Below are positions 12,244 through 22,091 of a DNA stretch of 64,000 bases, one piece after another. The translations under genes were made by a program, and so were the position numbers. Source of the stretch: an uncultured Christensenellaceae bacterium (lineage in GTDB: Bacteria > Bacillota > Clostridia > Christensenellales > CAG-314); contig CAJUIZ010000009.1 of the NCBI GenBank assembly GCA_910586625.1, positions 5,383-69,382 of the forward strand, written 5' to 3'. Numbering within the stretch: position 1 is the stretch's first letter; every line of letters starts with the position of its first letter. The notes below the pieces were generated by a model that was not told the DNA's origin, searched no databases, and worked only from the letters and a program-made list of their open reading frames with translations.

Positions 12244-13455
12244 ATGGCAAAAGCAAAATTTGACAGAAGCAAACCGCACGTCAATATTGGTACCATCGGT
12301 CACGTAGACCACGGTAAGACGACCTTGACAGCCGCTATCACGATGGTTATGGCTATGCAAGGTAAAGCAGAAGTAATGAAATACGACGAAATCGACAAGG
12401 CTCCCGAAGAAAGAGCTCGTGGTATAACAATCAATACCGCTCACGTCGAATATCAAACGGACAAGCGTCACTACGCTCACGTTGACTGCCCCGGACACGC
12501 CGACTACGTTAAAAACATGATTACCGGCGCGGCGCAGATGGACGGCGCAATCTTGGTTGTTTCCGCTGCCGACGGTCCGATGCCCCAAACTCGCGAACAC
12601 ATTCTTCTCGCTCGTCAGGTTGGCGTTCCCTATATCGTAGTATTCATGAACAAGACCGACTTGGTTGACGACGAAGAATTGCTCGAACTCGTAGAAATGG
12701 AAGTTCGCGAACTTCTTTCCAAGTACGAATTCCCCGGCGACGACCTTCCCATTGTCAAGGGTTCCGCCAAGAAAGCTATGGACGCTGCCGCAGGCGGCAA
12801 CACCAATCTTGCGGATCCCGTTTTCAAGCCCATTTTGGACTTGATGGACGCCGTTGACGCTTATATCCCCACGCCCGCACGTGATACGGACAAGCCCTTC
12901 TTGATGCCCGTAGAAGACGTATTTACCATTACCGGACGCGGCACCGTTGCTACCGGCAGAGTAGAACGCGGTTCCGTTAAACCTTCCGACCCCGTAGAAA
13001 TCGTAGGCTTGAAGGACGAAGTTAAGACGTCCGTTGTTACAGGCGTTGAAATGTTCCGCAAACTTCTTGACGAAGCTTTCGCAGGCGACAACGTAGGTTT
13101 GTTGCTTCGCGGTGTAGACCGTAAAGAAATCGAACGCGGACAAGTTGTGGCTAAACCCAAATCGGTTACTCCGCACAAGGAATTCGAAGGTCAAGTATAC
13201 GTACTTACCAAGGAAGAAGGCGGACGTCACAGCCCGTTCTTCAAGGGATACCGTCCTCAATTCTATTTCCGTACGACCGACGTTACGGGCTCTATCGAGC
13301 TTGACCCCGGCGTGGAAATGGTAATGCCCGGCGACCACACCCATATCAAGGTAGCTTTGATTACGCCTATCGCTATGGAAGACGGACTTCGTTTCGCTAT
13401 CCGTGAAGGTGGCCACACCGTCGGTTCCGGCGTTGTATCCAAGATCATCGCGTAA
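12244..13455 (+). CDS. tuf: Elongation factor Tu
   Basis: Motifs [17 protein letters not shown] and NKTD are present. GGAGG lies upstream of the start. Confidence 0.98.
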   Translation: MAKAKFDRSKPHVNIGTIGHVDHGKTTLTAAITMVMAMQGKAEVMKYDEIDKAPEERARGITINTAHVEYQTDKRHYAHVDCPGHADYVKNMITGAAQMDGAILVVSAADGPMPQTREHILLARQVGVPYIVVFMNKTDLVDDEELLELVEMEVRELLSKYEFPGDDLPIVKGSAKKAMDAAAGGNTNLADPVFKPILDLMDAVDAYIPTPARDTDKPFLMPVEDVFTITGRGTVATGRVERGSVKPSDPVEIVGLKDEVKTSVVTGVEMFRKLLDEAFAGDNVGLLLRGVDRKEIERGQVVAKPKSVTPHKEFEGQVYVLTKEEGGRHSPFFKGYRPQFYFRTTDVTGSIELDPGVEMVMPGDHTHIKVALITPIAMEDGLRFAIREGGHTVGSGVVSKIIA

Positions 13456-13473
13456 TTAACTTTACAATAAAAA

Positions 13474-13504
13474 ACAGTCGACATATCGTCGGCTGTTTTT
13501 TTTT
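13474..13504 (+). terminator. Intrinsic terminator after tuf
   Basis: ACAGTCGAC pairs with GTCGGCTGT (one G-U pair), followed by a run of 9 T. Confidence 0.8.
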
Positions 13505-13719
13505 GTTGTCATTATTTCTGAATGCACAAATGCTTATATGCGCATCTGTACGGGTTGAAATATACGCCGCGGAAAAAGTAATCTTTCAAATATTATTTCT
13601 TCTTAAACGGTTTGCAAAGCCAATCGTGGTTAAACGTCGGGCTTTTCACTATTTCAACAACGTAATATTTGGTTTCTGCTTTGAAACGAATATCCTTTTG
13701 TATGAATAAGGCTCGATTT

Positions 13720-14136
13720 CTACTTGCTTAGTGGCAGACTGATAAGCGGCATAAGCTCCGCTAACGTATATACCTTGTAATCGTCGTAGTCTCTTGCAAG
13801 GATTATTTCGAAATCACGTTGGCAAAATTCCGTCATTACCTGTCTGCATACGCCGCATGGCGGGCAGAAATCTCCTTCTCCGATGGGGGTGTCCGCGTCG
13901 TTTCCGACTATGGCTATTGCGGCGAAATCCTTGTCCCCTTCCGATATAGCCTTGAAAAAGGCCGTCCTTTCCGCACAGTTTGTCGGGCTGAAAGTGGAGC
14001 TCTCTATGTTGCAGCCGCGGTATATTTTGCCTTCTTTGGTAAGCAACGCTGCGCCGACCGCCCAGTGAGAGTAGGGTATATAAGCGTATTTCTGCGCTTC
14101 GTACGCTTCCTTTACCAGTATTTTGTAATCAATCAT
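13720..14136 (-). CDS. cdd: Cytidine deaminase
   Basis: Zinc motifs CAERTA and PCGVCRQ are present. The ATG at 14136 is preceded by GGGAG; the track ORF extends 24 codons further upstream. Confidence 0.9.
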   Translation of the reverse strand: MIDYKILVKEAYEAQKYAYIPYSHWAVGAALLTKEGKIYRGCNIESSTFSPTNCAERTAFFKAISEGDKDFAAIAIVGNDADTPIGEGDFCPPCGVCRQVMTEFCQRDFEIILARDYDDYKVYTLAELMPLISLPLSK

Positions 14137-14327
14137 AATTGTGCTCCCGTAAATGTTATGTTTCGTGTGGGCTATTATTCTATTACAAAACTTGTCTTTT
14201 GTCAACACACGTTTTACATTTAATAACTAAGTTTTTTATTCGTAGCAGTTTATTCAAACGTATTTGTATATGCGCATATGAACGCGAGTGCAAACGTTTG
14301 GGTAATGGTGTAAAAAAACGACGAAGG

Positions 14328-15038
14328 CTATTCTTCGTCGTCGGTATATTCGTCGTCGGGTAATTTTTCGTAATCTTCTTCGATAATCTCTGCGTCTTTC
14401 TTTTTACGTTTTTTTCTCTTTTTGCATTCGTGTGCGTACGCAAGTATTTCGTCTGCGTCGGCCCTTTCAAGAAAATCTATTTCTTGTACGCCGTCGAAAC
14501 GGGTTAAAAACAGAGAAGTCAGTTTGCACGATTTTATTACTGCGTAATCGAAGTTCTCGAATTCTCGGGAAATTTTTACCGAAGATTTCGGCCGCGCGGT
14601 ATCGCTGTCGGTGATTTTTATTTCGGACCAGCCGTACAATGACCATGTGGGGCTTAAAAATCGTTTTTTGCCGGTAAAGTCTTCGCTCCACCAAAACGAG
14701 CTGTAATACATTATCCACACGCCTTCGTTAGTTATTACAACGTGTTTGGCGTATTTCCAAAACCACAGGCTTATGGCAATCTTGACGATGTAAGCTAATA
14801 CGAAAATACAGAACAACGTCCATTTGATATACGTACCAAACTCATTGACGTCGTTAGGTGTAAGCAAACACAAAGCAAGCAAAGCTCCGATGCCGAAAAA
14901 TAGTCCTACGGTTTGGTGGTTTATAAGTTCGCCGCGCAAGTATCCGCGGAATTTTTTGAGATAGTGTTTGTAGTACGTTTCTTCGGCGCGAGTCGTTTGG
15001 TTGCGCATTTTAAGACAAGGTTCGTTTTCGTTAATCAT
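14328..15038 (-). CDS. Hypothetical membrane protein with a KR-rich and then acidic C-terminal tail
   Basis: It has two predicted TM helices (VGLFFGIGALLALCLL and WTLFCIFVLAYIVKIAISLWFW). The tail reads KKRKKRKKKDAEIIEEDYEKLPDDEYTDDEE. The ATG at 15038 is preceded by GGAG. Confidence 0.6.
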   Translation of the reverse strand: MINENEPCLKMRNQTTRAEETYYKHYLKKFRGYLRGELINHQTVGLFFGIGALLALCLLTPNDVNEFGTYIKWTLFCIFVLAYIVKIAISLWFWKYAKHVVITNEGVWIMYYSSFWWSEDFTGKKRFLSPTWSLYGWSEIKITDSDTARPKSSVKISREFENFDYAVIKSCKLTSLFLTRFDGVQEIDFLERADADEILAYAHECKKRKKRKKKDAEIIEEDYEKLPDDEYTDDEE

Positions 15039-15184
15039 ATCTGCTCCGTAATTTCGGCAATGCGATAACATTATAATAAATAATATTAGCATTTGCTTGC
15101 GCAGATGTCAAATGTTTCCTTTATCTGCGCGTTACGGCAGCAAAGCACAGTCAAAATATTCATTGAAATTGAAGTCGTTTTTCG

Positions 15185-15213
15185 TTGACAACGGTTGCGT
15201 AATATGGTATTAT
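15185..15213 (+). promoter_or_regulatory. Sigma-A-type promoter for rpmG-secE-nusG
   Basis: TTGACA (15185-15190), a 17-nt spacer, then TATTAT (15208-15213). Confidence 0.55.
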
Positions 15214-15303
15214 TATTTAGCACTCTAATAGGGGTGTAATTTTTTGCGTGCGAAAAACGCTTGAATAAGCGTGTTTCTCGCCGATTAACAGGAGACGTCG
15301 GAT

Positions 15304-15471
15304 ATGGCAGCGAAGAAAGGAAACAGAGTCAAGGTAGTGCTTGCTTGCACCGAGTGCAAACAACGTAATTACGACACGTACAAAAACGGCAAGACGACTA
15401 CCGACAGACTTGAATTCAATAAATATTGCAGATTTTGTAAGAAGCATACGACTCACAAAGAAGCGAAGTAA
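15304..15471 (+). CDS. rpmG: 50S ribosomal protein L33 (55 aa, absent from the ORF track)
   Basis: Hand translation gives [55 protein letters not shown], with CxxC...CxxC. It lies directly upstream of secE, as is typical. Confidence 0.9.
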   Translation: MAAKKGNRVKVVLACTECKQRNYDTYKNGKTTTDRLEFNKYCRFCKKHTTHKEAK

Positions 15472-15482
15472 GGAGAGTTAAT

Positions 15483-15698
15483 ATGGCAGCGCAGCAAAAA
15501 GCAAAAAAGCCCAATTTATTCAAAAGATTAGGCGCTTTCTTTGTAAAGAGTTGGTCGGAGCTTAAAAAGGTTTCTTGGCCCAATTTCAAGACGGTTTTGA
15601 AGAATACGAGTATCGTTTTGCTCGTAGTTTTGTTCTTCGCTCTTATTATTTACGGTTCGGACTTGTTGTTCGGATGGTTAATTTCTTTGATAAAGTAA
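15483..15698 (+). CDS. secE: Preprotein translocase subunit SecE
   Basis: A 71-aa protein with the motif ELKKVSWP followed by a single TM helix, located between rpmG and nusG. Confidence 0.9.
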   Translation: MAAQQKAKKPNLFKRLGAFFVKSWSELKKVSWPNFKTVLKNTSIVLLVVLFFALIIYGSDLLFGWLISLIK

Positions 15699-15711
15699 GG
15701 TAAAACGGCTT

Positions 15712-16263
15712 ATGAGCGAACAGAACTCTGCAAAGTGGTATATTCTTCATACGTATTCGGGTTATGAGAGTCTGGTTAAAAAAAGTATCGAGCAAATGGT
15801 GGAAAACGGCAATTTGCAAAGCGTAATTTTGGACACCAAGATTCCTACCGAGACGCTAATCGAAGAAAAGAACGGCAAAAAGAAAGCGTACGAAGCCAAG
15901 GTTATGCCCGGGTACGTTTTCGTCAAGCTTGTTTATTCCAACCAATTGTGGTTTATGCTTACCAATACCCGCGGAGTAACCGGTTTCGTGGGTCCCAACG
16001 GTAAAGCTTGGCCGCTTGAAGAAGACGAAGTAAAGCGTCTCCGCTTGGAAGAACGCGTCGTCGATTTCGATATGGTTATCGGAGACAACGTAACGGTTAT
16101 TTCCGGTCCGTTCGAAGGCTTGGTCGGCGTGATAAAGGCAATAGACGTCGCCCGTCAAAAAGCTCAGGTTACGCTCAATATGTTCGGCAGAGAAACTTCT
16201 GTCGATATGGACTTTATTCAAATAGAAAAAATCAACAATCCCACGATTGTATCGCAGGAGTAG
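15712..16263 (+). CDS. nusG: Transcription termination/antitermination factor NusG
   Basis: It has the N-terminal KWYILHTYSGYE and a KOW region (GDNVTVISGPFEGLVGVIKAID). Confidence 0.95.
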   Translation: MSEQNSAKWYILHTYSGYESLVKKSIEQMVENGNLQSVILDTKIPTETLIEEKNGKKKAYEAKVMPGYVFVKLVYSNQLWFMLTNTRGVTGFVGPNGKAWPLEEDEVKRLRLEERVVDFDMVIGDNVTVISGPFEGLVGVIKAIDVARQKAQVTLNMFGRETSVDMDFIQIEKINNPTIVSQE

Positions 16264-16342
16264 TTGTTTTTTATATGGGAGAAAGAAACAAATACAAATT
16301 TGACGGTTTCTTTCGTTAACACCACGATATAAGGAGAATACT

Positions 16343-16768
16343 ATGGCTAAAAAGGTCACGGCGGTTGTAAAACTTCAACTTCCCGCCGGAAAAGCGACGC
16401 CGGCTCCGCCGGTAGGTTCGGCTCTCGGTCCCCACGGAATTAACATTCCCGGTTTTACCAAGGATTTTAACGCGAGAACAGCCGACAAAGCGGGACTTAT
16501 TATTCCCGTAATTGTAACTATTTATCAAGATCACAGCTTTACGTTCATTCTTAAAACCCCGCCCGCTCCCGTGCTTATAAAAAAGGCTTGCGGAATCGAA
16601 AGCGGCAGCGCGGTTCCCAACAGAACGAAGGTAGCTAAGATTACTCACGCGCAAATCGAAGAAATTGCCAAGACCAAGATGGTAGACCTCAACGCGTCTT
16701 CTTTGGAATCGGCTTGTTCGATGATTGCAGGCACAGCCCGCAGTATGGGCATTGTCGTCGAAGGTTAA
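16343..16768 (+). CDS. rplK: 50S ribosomal protein L11
   Basis: The protein reads [35 protein letters not shown]. Confidence 0.97.
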   Translation: MAKKVTAVVKLQLPAGKATPAPPVGSALGPHGINIPGFTKDFNARTADKAGLIIPVIVTIYQDHSFTFILKTPPAPVLIKKACGIESGSAVPNRTKVAKITHAQIEEIAKTKMVDLNASSLESACSMIAGTARSMGIVVEG

Positions 16769-16779
16769 GGAGGCGTCAA

Positions 16780-17460
16780 ATGAAAGGAAAGAAATATGTT
16801 GATGCTTTGAAAAAAATCGACAAGACAAAGCAATACGATATGAGCGAAGCCATTCAAACCGCTATAGATATCGCTCCCGCCAAGTTTGACGAAACCTTGG
16901 AGCTGCACGTAAAATTGGGCGTAGACAGCCGTAAAGCGGACCAACAGGTTCGCGGCGTAGTAGTACTGCCCAACGGAACAGGTAAAACCGTACGCGTATT
17001 GGTAATTGCCAAGGGTGCCAAGGCTGACGAAGCGACTGCCGCCGGCGCGGACTTCGTAGGCGCGGAAGAATACATCGAAAAGATGCAAAAGGAAAACTGG
17101 TTCGACTTCGACGTGCTCGTTACTACTCCCGATATGATGGGACTTGTAGGACGTCTCGGTAGAGTATTGGGACCCAAGGGCTTGATGCCCAACCCCAAGA
17201 GCGGAACCGTTACTACGGATATCGCCAAGACTATACACGATATCAAGGCAGGTAAGGTAGAATACCGTTTGGACAAGCAATCTATCTGCCACGTTATTTT
17301 CGGTAAAAAGTCTTTCGGTCGTGACAAACTGCTCGAAAACGCTACGGCGATTATGGACGCAATAGTCAAGGCTAAACCCGCCGCGGCAAAGGGTACGTAT
17401 CTCAAATCGGTAGCCGTCGCAACAACGATGGGTCCCGGCATCAAGGTATCGTACAAATAA
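16780..17460 (+). CDS. rplA: 50S ribosomal protein L1
   Basis: The protein begins [22 protein letters not shown] lies upstream of the ATG at 16780. The longer track ORF overlaps rplK out of frame. Confidence 0.96.
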   Translation: MKGKKYVDALKKIDKTKQYDMSEAIQTAIDIAPAKFDETLELHVKLGVDSRKADQQVRGVVVLPNGTGKTVRVLVIAKGAKADEATAAGADFVGAEEYIEKMQKENWFDFDVLVTTPDMMGLVGRLGRVLGPKGLMPNPKSGTVTTDIAKTIHDIKAGKVEYRLDKQSICHVIFGKKSFGRDKLLENATAIMDAIVKAKPAAAKGTYLKSVAVATTMGPGIKVSYK

Positions 17461-17616
17461 ACTGAAATTGAATACCCAAACCCGTTCCAAAGACAGCAAG
17501 TAACAGTAAATCTTGCCGAGGTACAAATACGGTTTACAGTCTTTTAGACTCCTACCCTTGTACCGATTACACGGCGCAAGGGTTTTTAATTAAAATATTA
17601 AAAGGAGGAAACAATA
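17461..17616 (+). promoter_or_regulatory. Candidate ribosomal protein L10 leader (autoregulatory attenuator upstream of rplJ-rplL)
   Basis: A 156-nt untranslated spacer ends in the hairpin CCCTTG...CAAGGG plus TTTTT (17555-17588), just before the rplJ RBS. The position matches the known Firmicutes L10 leader. Confidence 0.5.
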
Positions 17617-18135
17617 ATGGATCACGAACGTCATCACGGACATCTCAGTTCCACGCAAGCGGCTAAGAGAGAAGTTGTAGAGCAAATCAAAGAAAAGATT
17701 CAAAACAGCCAATCTTTCGTTATTCTCGATTACAAAGGACTGACGGTTGCCCAAGATACCGAATTCCGTTCGGAATTTCGTAAAAACGACGTAGAGTACA
17801 AAGTGCTTAAAAACACGTTGTTCAAGAAAGCGCTTAACGAGCTTGGATATACCGAATTTGACGAAGCGCTCAACGGACCCAGCGCGTTTGCGTTTGGTAC
17901 CGCCGACGCTATAGCTCCCGCTAAGGTTGCTGCGGACGGTATCAAGAAGTATAACGCAATGAGCATTAAATGCGGTATGTTCGACAAGAAGTACGCCGAC
18001 GCGGCTACCTGCGACGCAATGAGCAAGGTACCCGGTAGAGAAGCGCTTCTCGGTATGTTGGTTTCGGTATTGTCTGCGCCTATGCGCGGATTGGCGGTTG
18101 CGTTAAACGCCGTTGCCGAACAAAAAGGCGAATAA
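17617..18135 (+). CDS. rplJ: 50S ribosomal protein L10
   Basis: AAAGGAGG lies upstream of the start. The protein contains FVILDYKGLTVAQDTEFR and sits between rplA and rplL. Confidence 0.93.
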   Translation: MDHERHHGHLSSTQAAKREVVEQIKEKIQNSQSFVILDYKGLTVAQDTEFRSEFRKNDVEYKVLKNTLFKKALNELGYTEFDEALNGPSAFAFGTADAIAPAKVAADGIKKYNAMSIKCGMFDKKYADAATCDAMSKVPGREALLGMLVSVLSAPMRGLAVALNAVAEQKGE

Positions 18136-18204
18136 TCTCGCCGAGCAAGGTCTCGTCCGCCTAAGGACGGAAACACATTAAAAAATAATAGGAGAAATAA
18201 AATA

Positions 18205-18573
18205 ATGGATACGAAAAAATTTATCGAAGAGATTAAATCTCTTTCCGTTTTGGAACTTAACGAACTCGTTCACGCTATAGAAGAAGAATTCGGCGTTTCC
18301 GCAGCCGCTCCCATAGCCGTTGCAGGCGGAGCTGCCGCAGCTGCTCCCGCCGTTGAAGAAAAGACGGAATTCGACGTAGTGTTGAAGGCTATCGGCGCTA
18401 ACAAGATTGCCGTTATCAAGGCTGTTCGCGAACTCACCGGACTTGGACTTGTAGAAGCTAAAAACCTTGTTGAAAGCGCTCCCGCAACCATCAAGGAAGC
18501 TCAACCCAAGGAAGCCGCCGAAGGTATGGTTAAAACTCTTACCGAAGCCGGCGCAGAAGCGGAAATTAAGTAA
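18205..18573 (+). CDS. rplL: 50S ribosomal protein L7/L12
   Basis: It has an alanine-rich hinge ([17 protein letters not shown]) and the C-terminal domain [17 protein letters not shown]. Confidence 0.97.
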   Translation: MDTKKFIEEIKSLSVLELNELVHAIEEEFGVSAAAPIAVAGGAAAAAPAVEEKTEFDVVLKAIGANKIAVIKAVRELTGLGLVEAKNLVESAPATIKEAQPKEAAEGMVKTLTEAGAEAEIK

Positions 18574-18593
18574 TTATTTCAACAATCAAAAAA

Positions 18594-18623
18594 ACTCGCG
18601 TAATATAACGCGAGTTTTTTTAT
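18594..18623 (+). terminator. Intrinsic terminator after rplL
   Basis: ACTCGCG pairs with CGCGAGT, followed by a run of T. Confidence 0.8.
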
Positions 18624-18630
18624 TAAAGTA

Positions 18631-19269
18631 TTATTGTTTTTTGTAAAGAACGTGCCAAATATCGTTTCCTGTAAAGCCGCAGCTTCTGTACAACTTTTCG
18701 GGCTGCGTAGTGTTGTTTATTTTACCGGATACGGTGGCGAAATTCGCTTCGTGCCGCATTTTATAAAGTAATTCGTTGACTATCAGTCGAGCTAATCCGC
18801 GTCGTCGGTATAGGGGCAATATTTGTATCCATTCTAAAATCAATTCCCGCGCTTCACAATCGAAATCGGCAATTCCGCAGCCGACATAGTTGCCGATATA
18901 TATGTCTTTTAACAATATCCACAAGTCGTACTTAAAAACGGGCGTTTTACGGTAATTCAGTAATTGTTCTTTTGTGACGGACAAATCGTCGTAGCTTGCG
19001 TTGATAATACGCACAAATTCGTCAATATTATCGTCGCTTGCAACTACTATGCTTATTCCGTCGCAACACTGTCGTTCTATATACTGCAAACTGTGATATA
19101 GTCTGAAATACGTTTCGTCAATATAGTTAGAGAATTTATTTTTATCGTAATCATTGTCGTGCAAAATATGCATATTGTCGGGAATATGCGTTATTTTTGT
19201 CTTCCAATATGGAATACTGGACGCGCCGCAAGGAGCTAAAAGATATTCCGATAGAGACAAACACTTCAT
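18631..19269 (-). CDS. GNAT-family N-acetyltransferase
   Basis: The acetyl-CoA binding pattern LPLYRRRGLARLIVNELL is present. The preferred start is MKCLSL at 19269. Confidence 0.7.
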   Translation of the reverse strand: MKCLSLSEYLLAPCGASSIPYWKTKITHIPDNMHILHDNDYDKNKFSNYIDETYFRLYHSLQYIERQCCDGISIVVASDDNIDEFVRIINASYDDLSVTKEQLLNYRKTPVFKYDLWILLKDIYIGNYVGCGIADFDCEARELILEWIQILPLYRRRGLARLIVNELLYKMRHEANFATVSGKINNTTQPEKLYRSCGFTGNDIWHVLYKKQ

Positions 19270-19329
19270 TGCAGGTTCTTTCTCCCGTAAGAGCAATGCG
19301 CGCAAATAGTGCGGCGGATAAAGTTCTTT

Positions 19330-20586
19330 CTAAACGATTAGCGCAAGCAGTGCTCCTATGCCTATACCTATAAGGTTACCGATAGCCAGTCCGAACGTTC
19401 CGCATATAATGCCGGGAGCGATAAGCTCGCGTTCGCCGTAGGCGTTGGCAACAGGGGCGATAAAGGGCGGACCGTATATTCCCGCTGTGCTGGTTATAAG
19501 AGCCGTGCCGCCGTCTATCTTGAATATTTTGCACAGCAGCAGATGCAGCAGTATAGAGCCTATCTGTATACAGGCGAAAAACGCAAGCGTAGGCAGTATT
19601 TCTTTTGCAAGCATTTTCAGGTCGATACTCATCGACAGTCCTATGGAAAATATCAATATAAGGTATTGACCTATTTGGTACGATCCTTTTACGTTGCGTA
19701 TCGGCTTTACGAAGCTAAACGCAATTCCCAATACCGAGACGGTTATCATAATAAACAGACTTCCGTCCATATTGCCGTTGATCAGTATTTCCAGTCCCGC
19801 GCCGACGGCAAGGCAGCCTATTGCAAGAGCAATTACGCCTATCAGTTTGCCGATAGATTTTTTATCGCGCGGTATGGATTTGTAGTCGTACTCCGTTTGC
19901 GTTTCCGTTTTGATTTCGGTAGCTTCGGCGGCAGACTCGGTAACCGCTTCGACGTCCGTTTCGTTTGCGGGCAGTTCTTCCGTAATAATCGGTTTAGACG
20001 TTTTGCTTCCGAGAAATTTTTTGTAAACGGGTCGTATTACCGTAAGAATCAACAGGAAATACACTCCGCCTACGAAAAAGTCCGAAGTGTTGGCGGCGGC
20101 TATAACGCTCGCTTTGTTATCCGGACTTAGCAGCGCGTTGCCTATTGCTATAAGATTGGGCGTTCCGCCTATATACAGTCCGCAGGTCATCCCCGCAAGC
20201 TGATTGGCGTTTTGCAGTCCGACTGCGTTTGCAACGAAAAACCCCGCGCAGGATATTGCGACGGTGGACACGATAACCAATACGAAGGATATCACCGTCT
20301 TTTTTGCAAGGCTTTTTAGACTGGTCATATCAAATGAAAACAGCACTAACGGTATAGCTACCGCTACAAGTACGGACGCAACCGTCTGCGTCAGGTTTTT
20401 GTCGTAGTCTATCGGGATAAGGGATATCAAAAATCCCGCCACGTAGCATAACGCGATAGCGCCGATAGTGTTGAAAAACTTTACTTTTTGGGTAAGTATA
20501 AGCAGCGGTATCGGCAATCCGAACATAAGTATTATCGCTATAACGGTGTATAACGTAGATACGTTAAAAGATAACAAGTAGAGCAT
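19330..20586 (-). CDS. Polytopic membrane protein, DUF819/YjcL-like putative transporter
   Basis: The 418-aa protein has two hydrophobic halves joined by an acidic hydrophilic loop (ELPANETDVEAVTESAAEATEIKTETQTEYDY). The family assignment is from memory. Confidence 0.55.
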   Translation of the reverse strand: MLYLLSFNVSTLYTVIAIILMFGLPIPLLILTQKVKFFNTIGAIALCYVAGFLISLIPIDYDKNLTQTVASVLVAVAIPLVLFSFDMTSLKSLAKKTVISFVLVIVSTVAISCAGFFVANAVGLQNANQLAGMTCGLYIGGTPNLIAIGNALLSPDNKASVIAAANTSDFFVGGVYFLLILTVIRPVYKKFLGSKTSKPIITEELPANETDVEAVTESAAEATEIKTETQTEYDYKSIPRDKKSIGKLIGVIALAIGCLAVGAGLEILINGNMDGSLFIMITVSVLGIAFSFVKPIRNVKGSYQIGQYLILIFSIGLSMSIDLKMLAKEILPTLAFFACIQIGSILLHLLLCKIFKIDGGTALITSTAGIYGPPFIAPVANAYGERELIAPGIICGTFGLAIGNLIGIGIGALLALIV

Positions 20587-20590
20587 AGTG

Positions 20591-21694
20591 TTAAATCTTC
20601 TTTTGATAAATTCTGTAAATTCGGGCTACTTCTCCGCCCATTGCCAGTATCGAGCTGTTGCCCGACGGATTGTTTTCCATAACGGTGCCAAGCTCCATAT
20701 ACGTTATGCCGTTGTTCAGTATGGCTTCGTACATACGCTTATATATTGCCACGGCAACGCCGGAGCGTTGATATTCGGGCAAAACGTATTGCATCAGCGC
20801 TCGCAGCGATTTTATGTTTTTCGATTCTTTCGCAAAGGTCATAAGCCCGCGTAAATCCGTTCTGCCATTCATTTTTTTGAATACGTAAAAGTAATCGGGC
20901 AAAGCAACTGCTACGCCCAAGGGCTTATTGTCGGCGTTGCTGCGCGCTATAAGAATGTAATCCTTATTAAGATACCGTTTCCACTGCTTTACAATGCTGC
21001 GCAGCGCTTCTATATCGGGCGCGTCTTGGTAAATGATGTCGTTTGTGGCGCGTTCCATAACGTATTGAACGTCTCGTATATCGTCGTCTATACGATTGAC
21101 GTTCAGCGTATCTACGCGAAAACCGTATTTTTGTTCGGAATAGTTCGCAATCTTCTGCCAACGGGCGTAGTCTACCGAAGCGATGTCGATAGTGTATTCC
21201 AACGCGTCCTTTTGCTTTGTCATTCCGTAGTTTTCCAACAAGTCGTTGTAGTAGGACTTATTGTACGACGTAAAGATAAGCGGAGCGCGGTCGAAGCCTT
21301 GGTAGAGTATTCCGCGGCGATTGTCCTGATCGTACGGGAAATACGTTCCCGTAATATAATCCGCACCCTGTTCGCGCATAAGCTCAGTAACCTTATCGAA
21401 TAACGCGTTGCAAACCTTTTGATTGTTCACGCATTCGAACATAGAAAAGAAACCGCATTTGTCCGATTTAAGTTGTTTGTTTTTGTCTATTGTAAACAGT
21501 GTGCGGGCAAGAATTTTGCCGTTGTCCGTTACTATAACGGCGCAGTACGTTTTGTCCTTAAAAAGCAGCTTGGTAAGTGTTTTTTTTATATCGGCTCGCA
21601 TATACGGTACGTAGTTGTCGTCGTCCGCGTATAATTCGTCCGGAAAGTTTATAAACGCTTTGAGCCTTTTCTTATCTACAATACTAACTTCCAT
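20591..21694 (-). CDS. Acyl-CoA N-acyltransferase-like protein (367 aa)
   Basis: The C-terminal region YVLPEYQRSGVAVAIYKRMYE resembles GNAT motif A. Its stop lies 4 nt from the start of the DUF819 gene. Confidence 0.55.
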   Translation of the reverse strand: MEVSIVDKKRLKAFINFPDELYADDDNYVPYMRADIKKTLTKLLFKDKTYCAVIVTDNGKILARTLFTIDKNKQLKSDKCGFFSMFECVNNQKVCNALFDKVTELMREQGADYITGTYFPYDQDNRRGILYQGFDRAPLIFTSYNKSYYNDLLENYGMTKQKDALEYTIDIASVDYARWQKIANYSEQKYGFRVDTLNVNRIDDDIRDVQYVMERATNDIIYQDAPDIEALRSIVKQWKRYLNKDYILIARSNADNKPLGVAVALPDYFYVFKKMNGRTDLRGLMTFAKESKNIKSLRALMQYVLPEYQRSGVAVAIYKRMYEAILNNGITYMELGTVMENNPSGNSSILAMGGEVARIYRIYQKKI

Positions 21695-21705
21695 TTATTC
21701 TCCCG

Positions 21706-21912
21706 TCAGTAATCGGCTATTCCCAATAGGTAATCCGTCGACACGTTAAATAATTTCGCTATGGAAACAAGAGTGTCCAAGTTTGGTTCTCCTACGCCGC
21801 TTTCATAGCGCGCGTAGGACTGCTGCCGAATCCCGAGCTTCGAAGCGATGAAGTTCTGCGTATAATTATTTTCCGACCGAAGTTCTTTCAATCTTTTTGC
21901 AAACGCATTCAT
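21706..21912 (-). CDS. XRE-family helix-turn-helix transcriptional regulator (68 aa)
   Basis: The HTH_3 pattern is present: LKELRSENNYTQNFIASKLGIRQQSYARYESGVGEPNLDTLVSIAKLFNVSTDYLLG. Confidence 0.85.
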   Translation of the reverse strand: MNAFAKRLKELRSENNYTQNFIASKLGIRQQSYARYESGVGEPNLDTLVSIAKLFNVSTDYLLGIADY

Positions 21913-21944
21913 ATTCGCGCTCCGTTAATTTATGATAAAAAAAG

Positions 21945-21991
21945 TTTACAGCAATTGGCTGTTTGTAGCAGTCTTTACAGCATTTTGCTGT
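21945..21991. promoter_or_regulatory. Two copies of a TTTACAGC-N5-GCTGT operator-like palindrome upstream of the XRE gene
   Basis: ACAGCAATTGGCTGT lies at 21948-21962 and ACAGCATTTTGCTGT at 21977-21991. Each is preceded by TTT, and the centres are 29 bp apart. Confidence 0.55.
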
Positions 21992-22023
21992 TAACAGGTT
22001 ATTTTAAGAATGTTACTCGGCGC

Positions 22024-22060
22024 GAAAAAAAAGACTGTGGCGGTATTTTCGCGGCAGTCT
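22024..22060 (-). terminator. Intrinsic terminator downstream of rplI (minus strand)
   Basis: On the minus strand, AAGACTGCCGCG...CGCCACAGTCTT is followed by 8 T. Confidence 0.7.
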
Positions 22061-22091
22061 TTTGTGTATTATTTATTTGTATGTAAGCGTA

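Noticed and set aside
13503-13709. A 68-aa plus-strand ORF after the tuf terminator, and a minus-strand reading frame ending ...VVEIVKSPTFNHDWLCKPFKKK.
   Set aside because: The plus ORF has no RBS and a hydrophobic, junk-like sequence. The minus frame has no start codon. At most it is a gene remnant, which I cannot support.
16264-16342. The hairpin GAAAGAAAC...GTTTCTTTC upstream of rplK, considered as an L1/L11 leader.
   Set aside because: It is plausible by position, but I cannot match it to a known consensus by eye. It is too short to claim.
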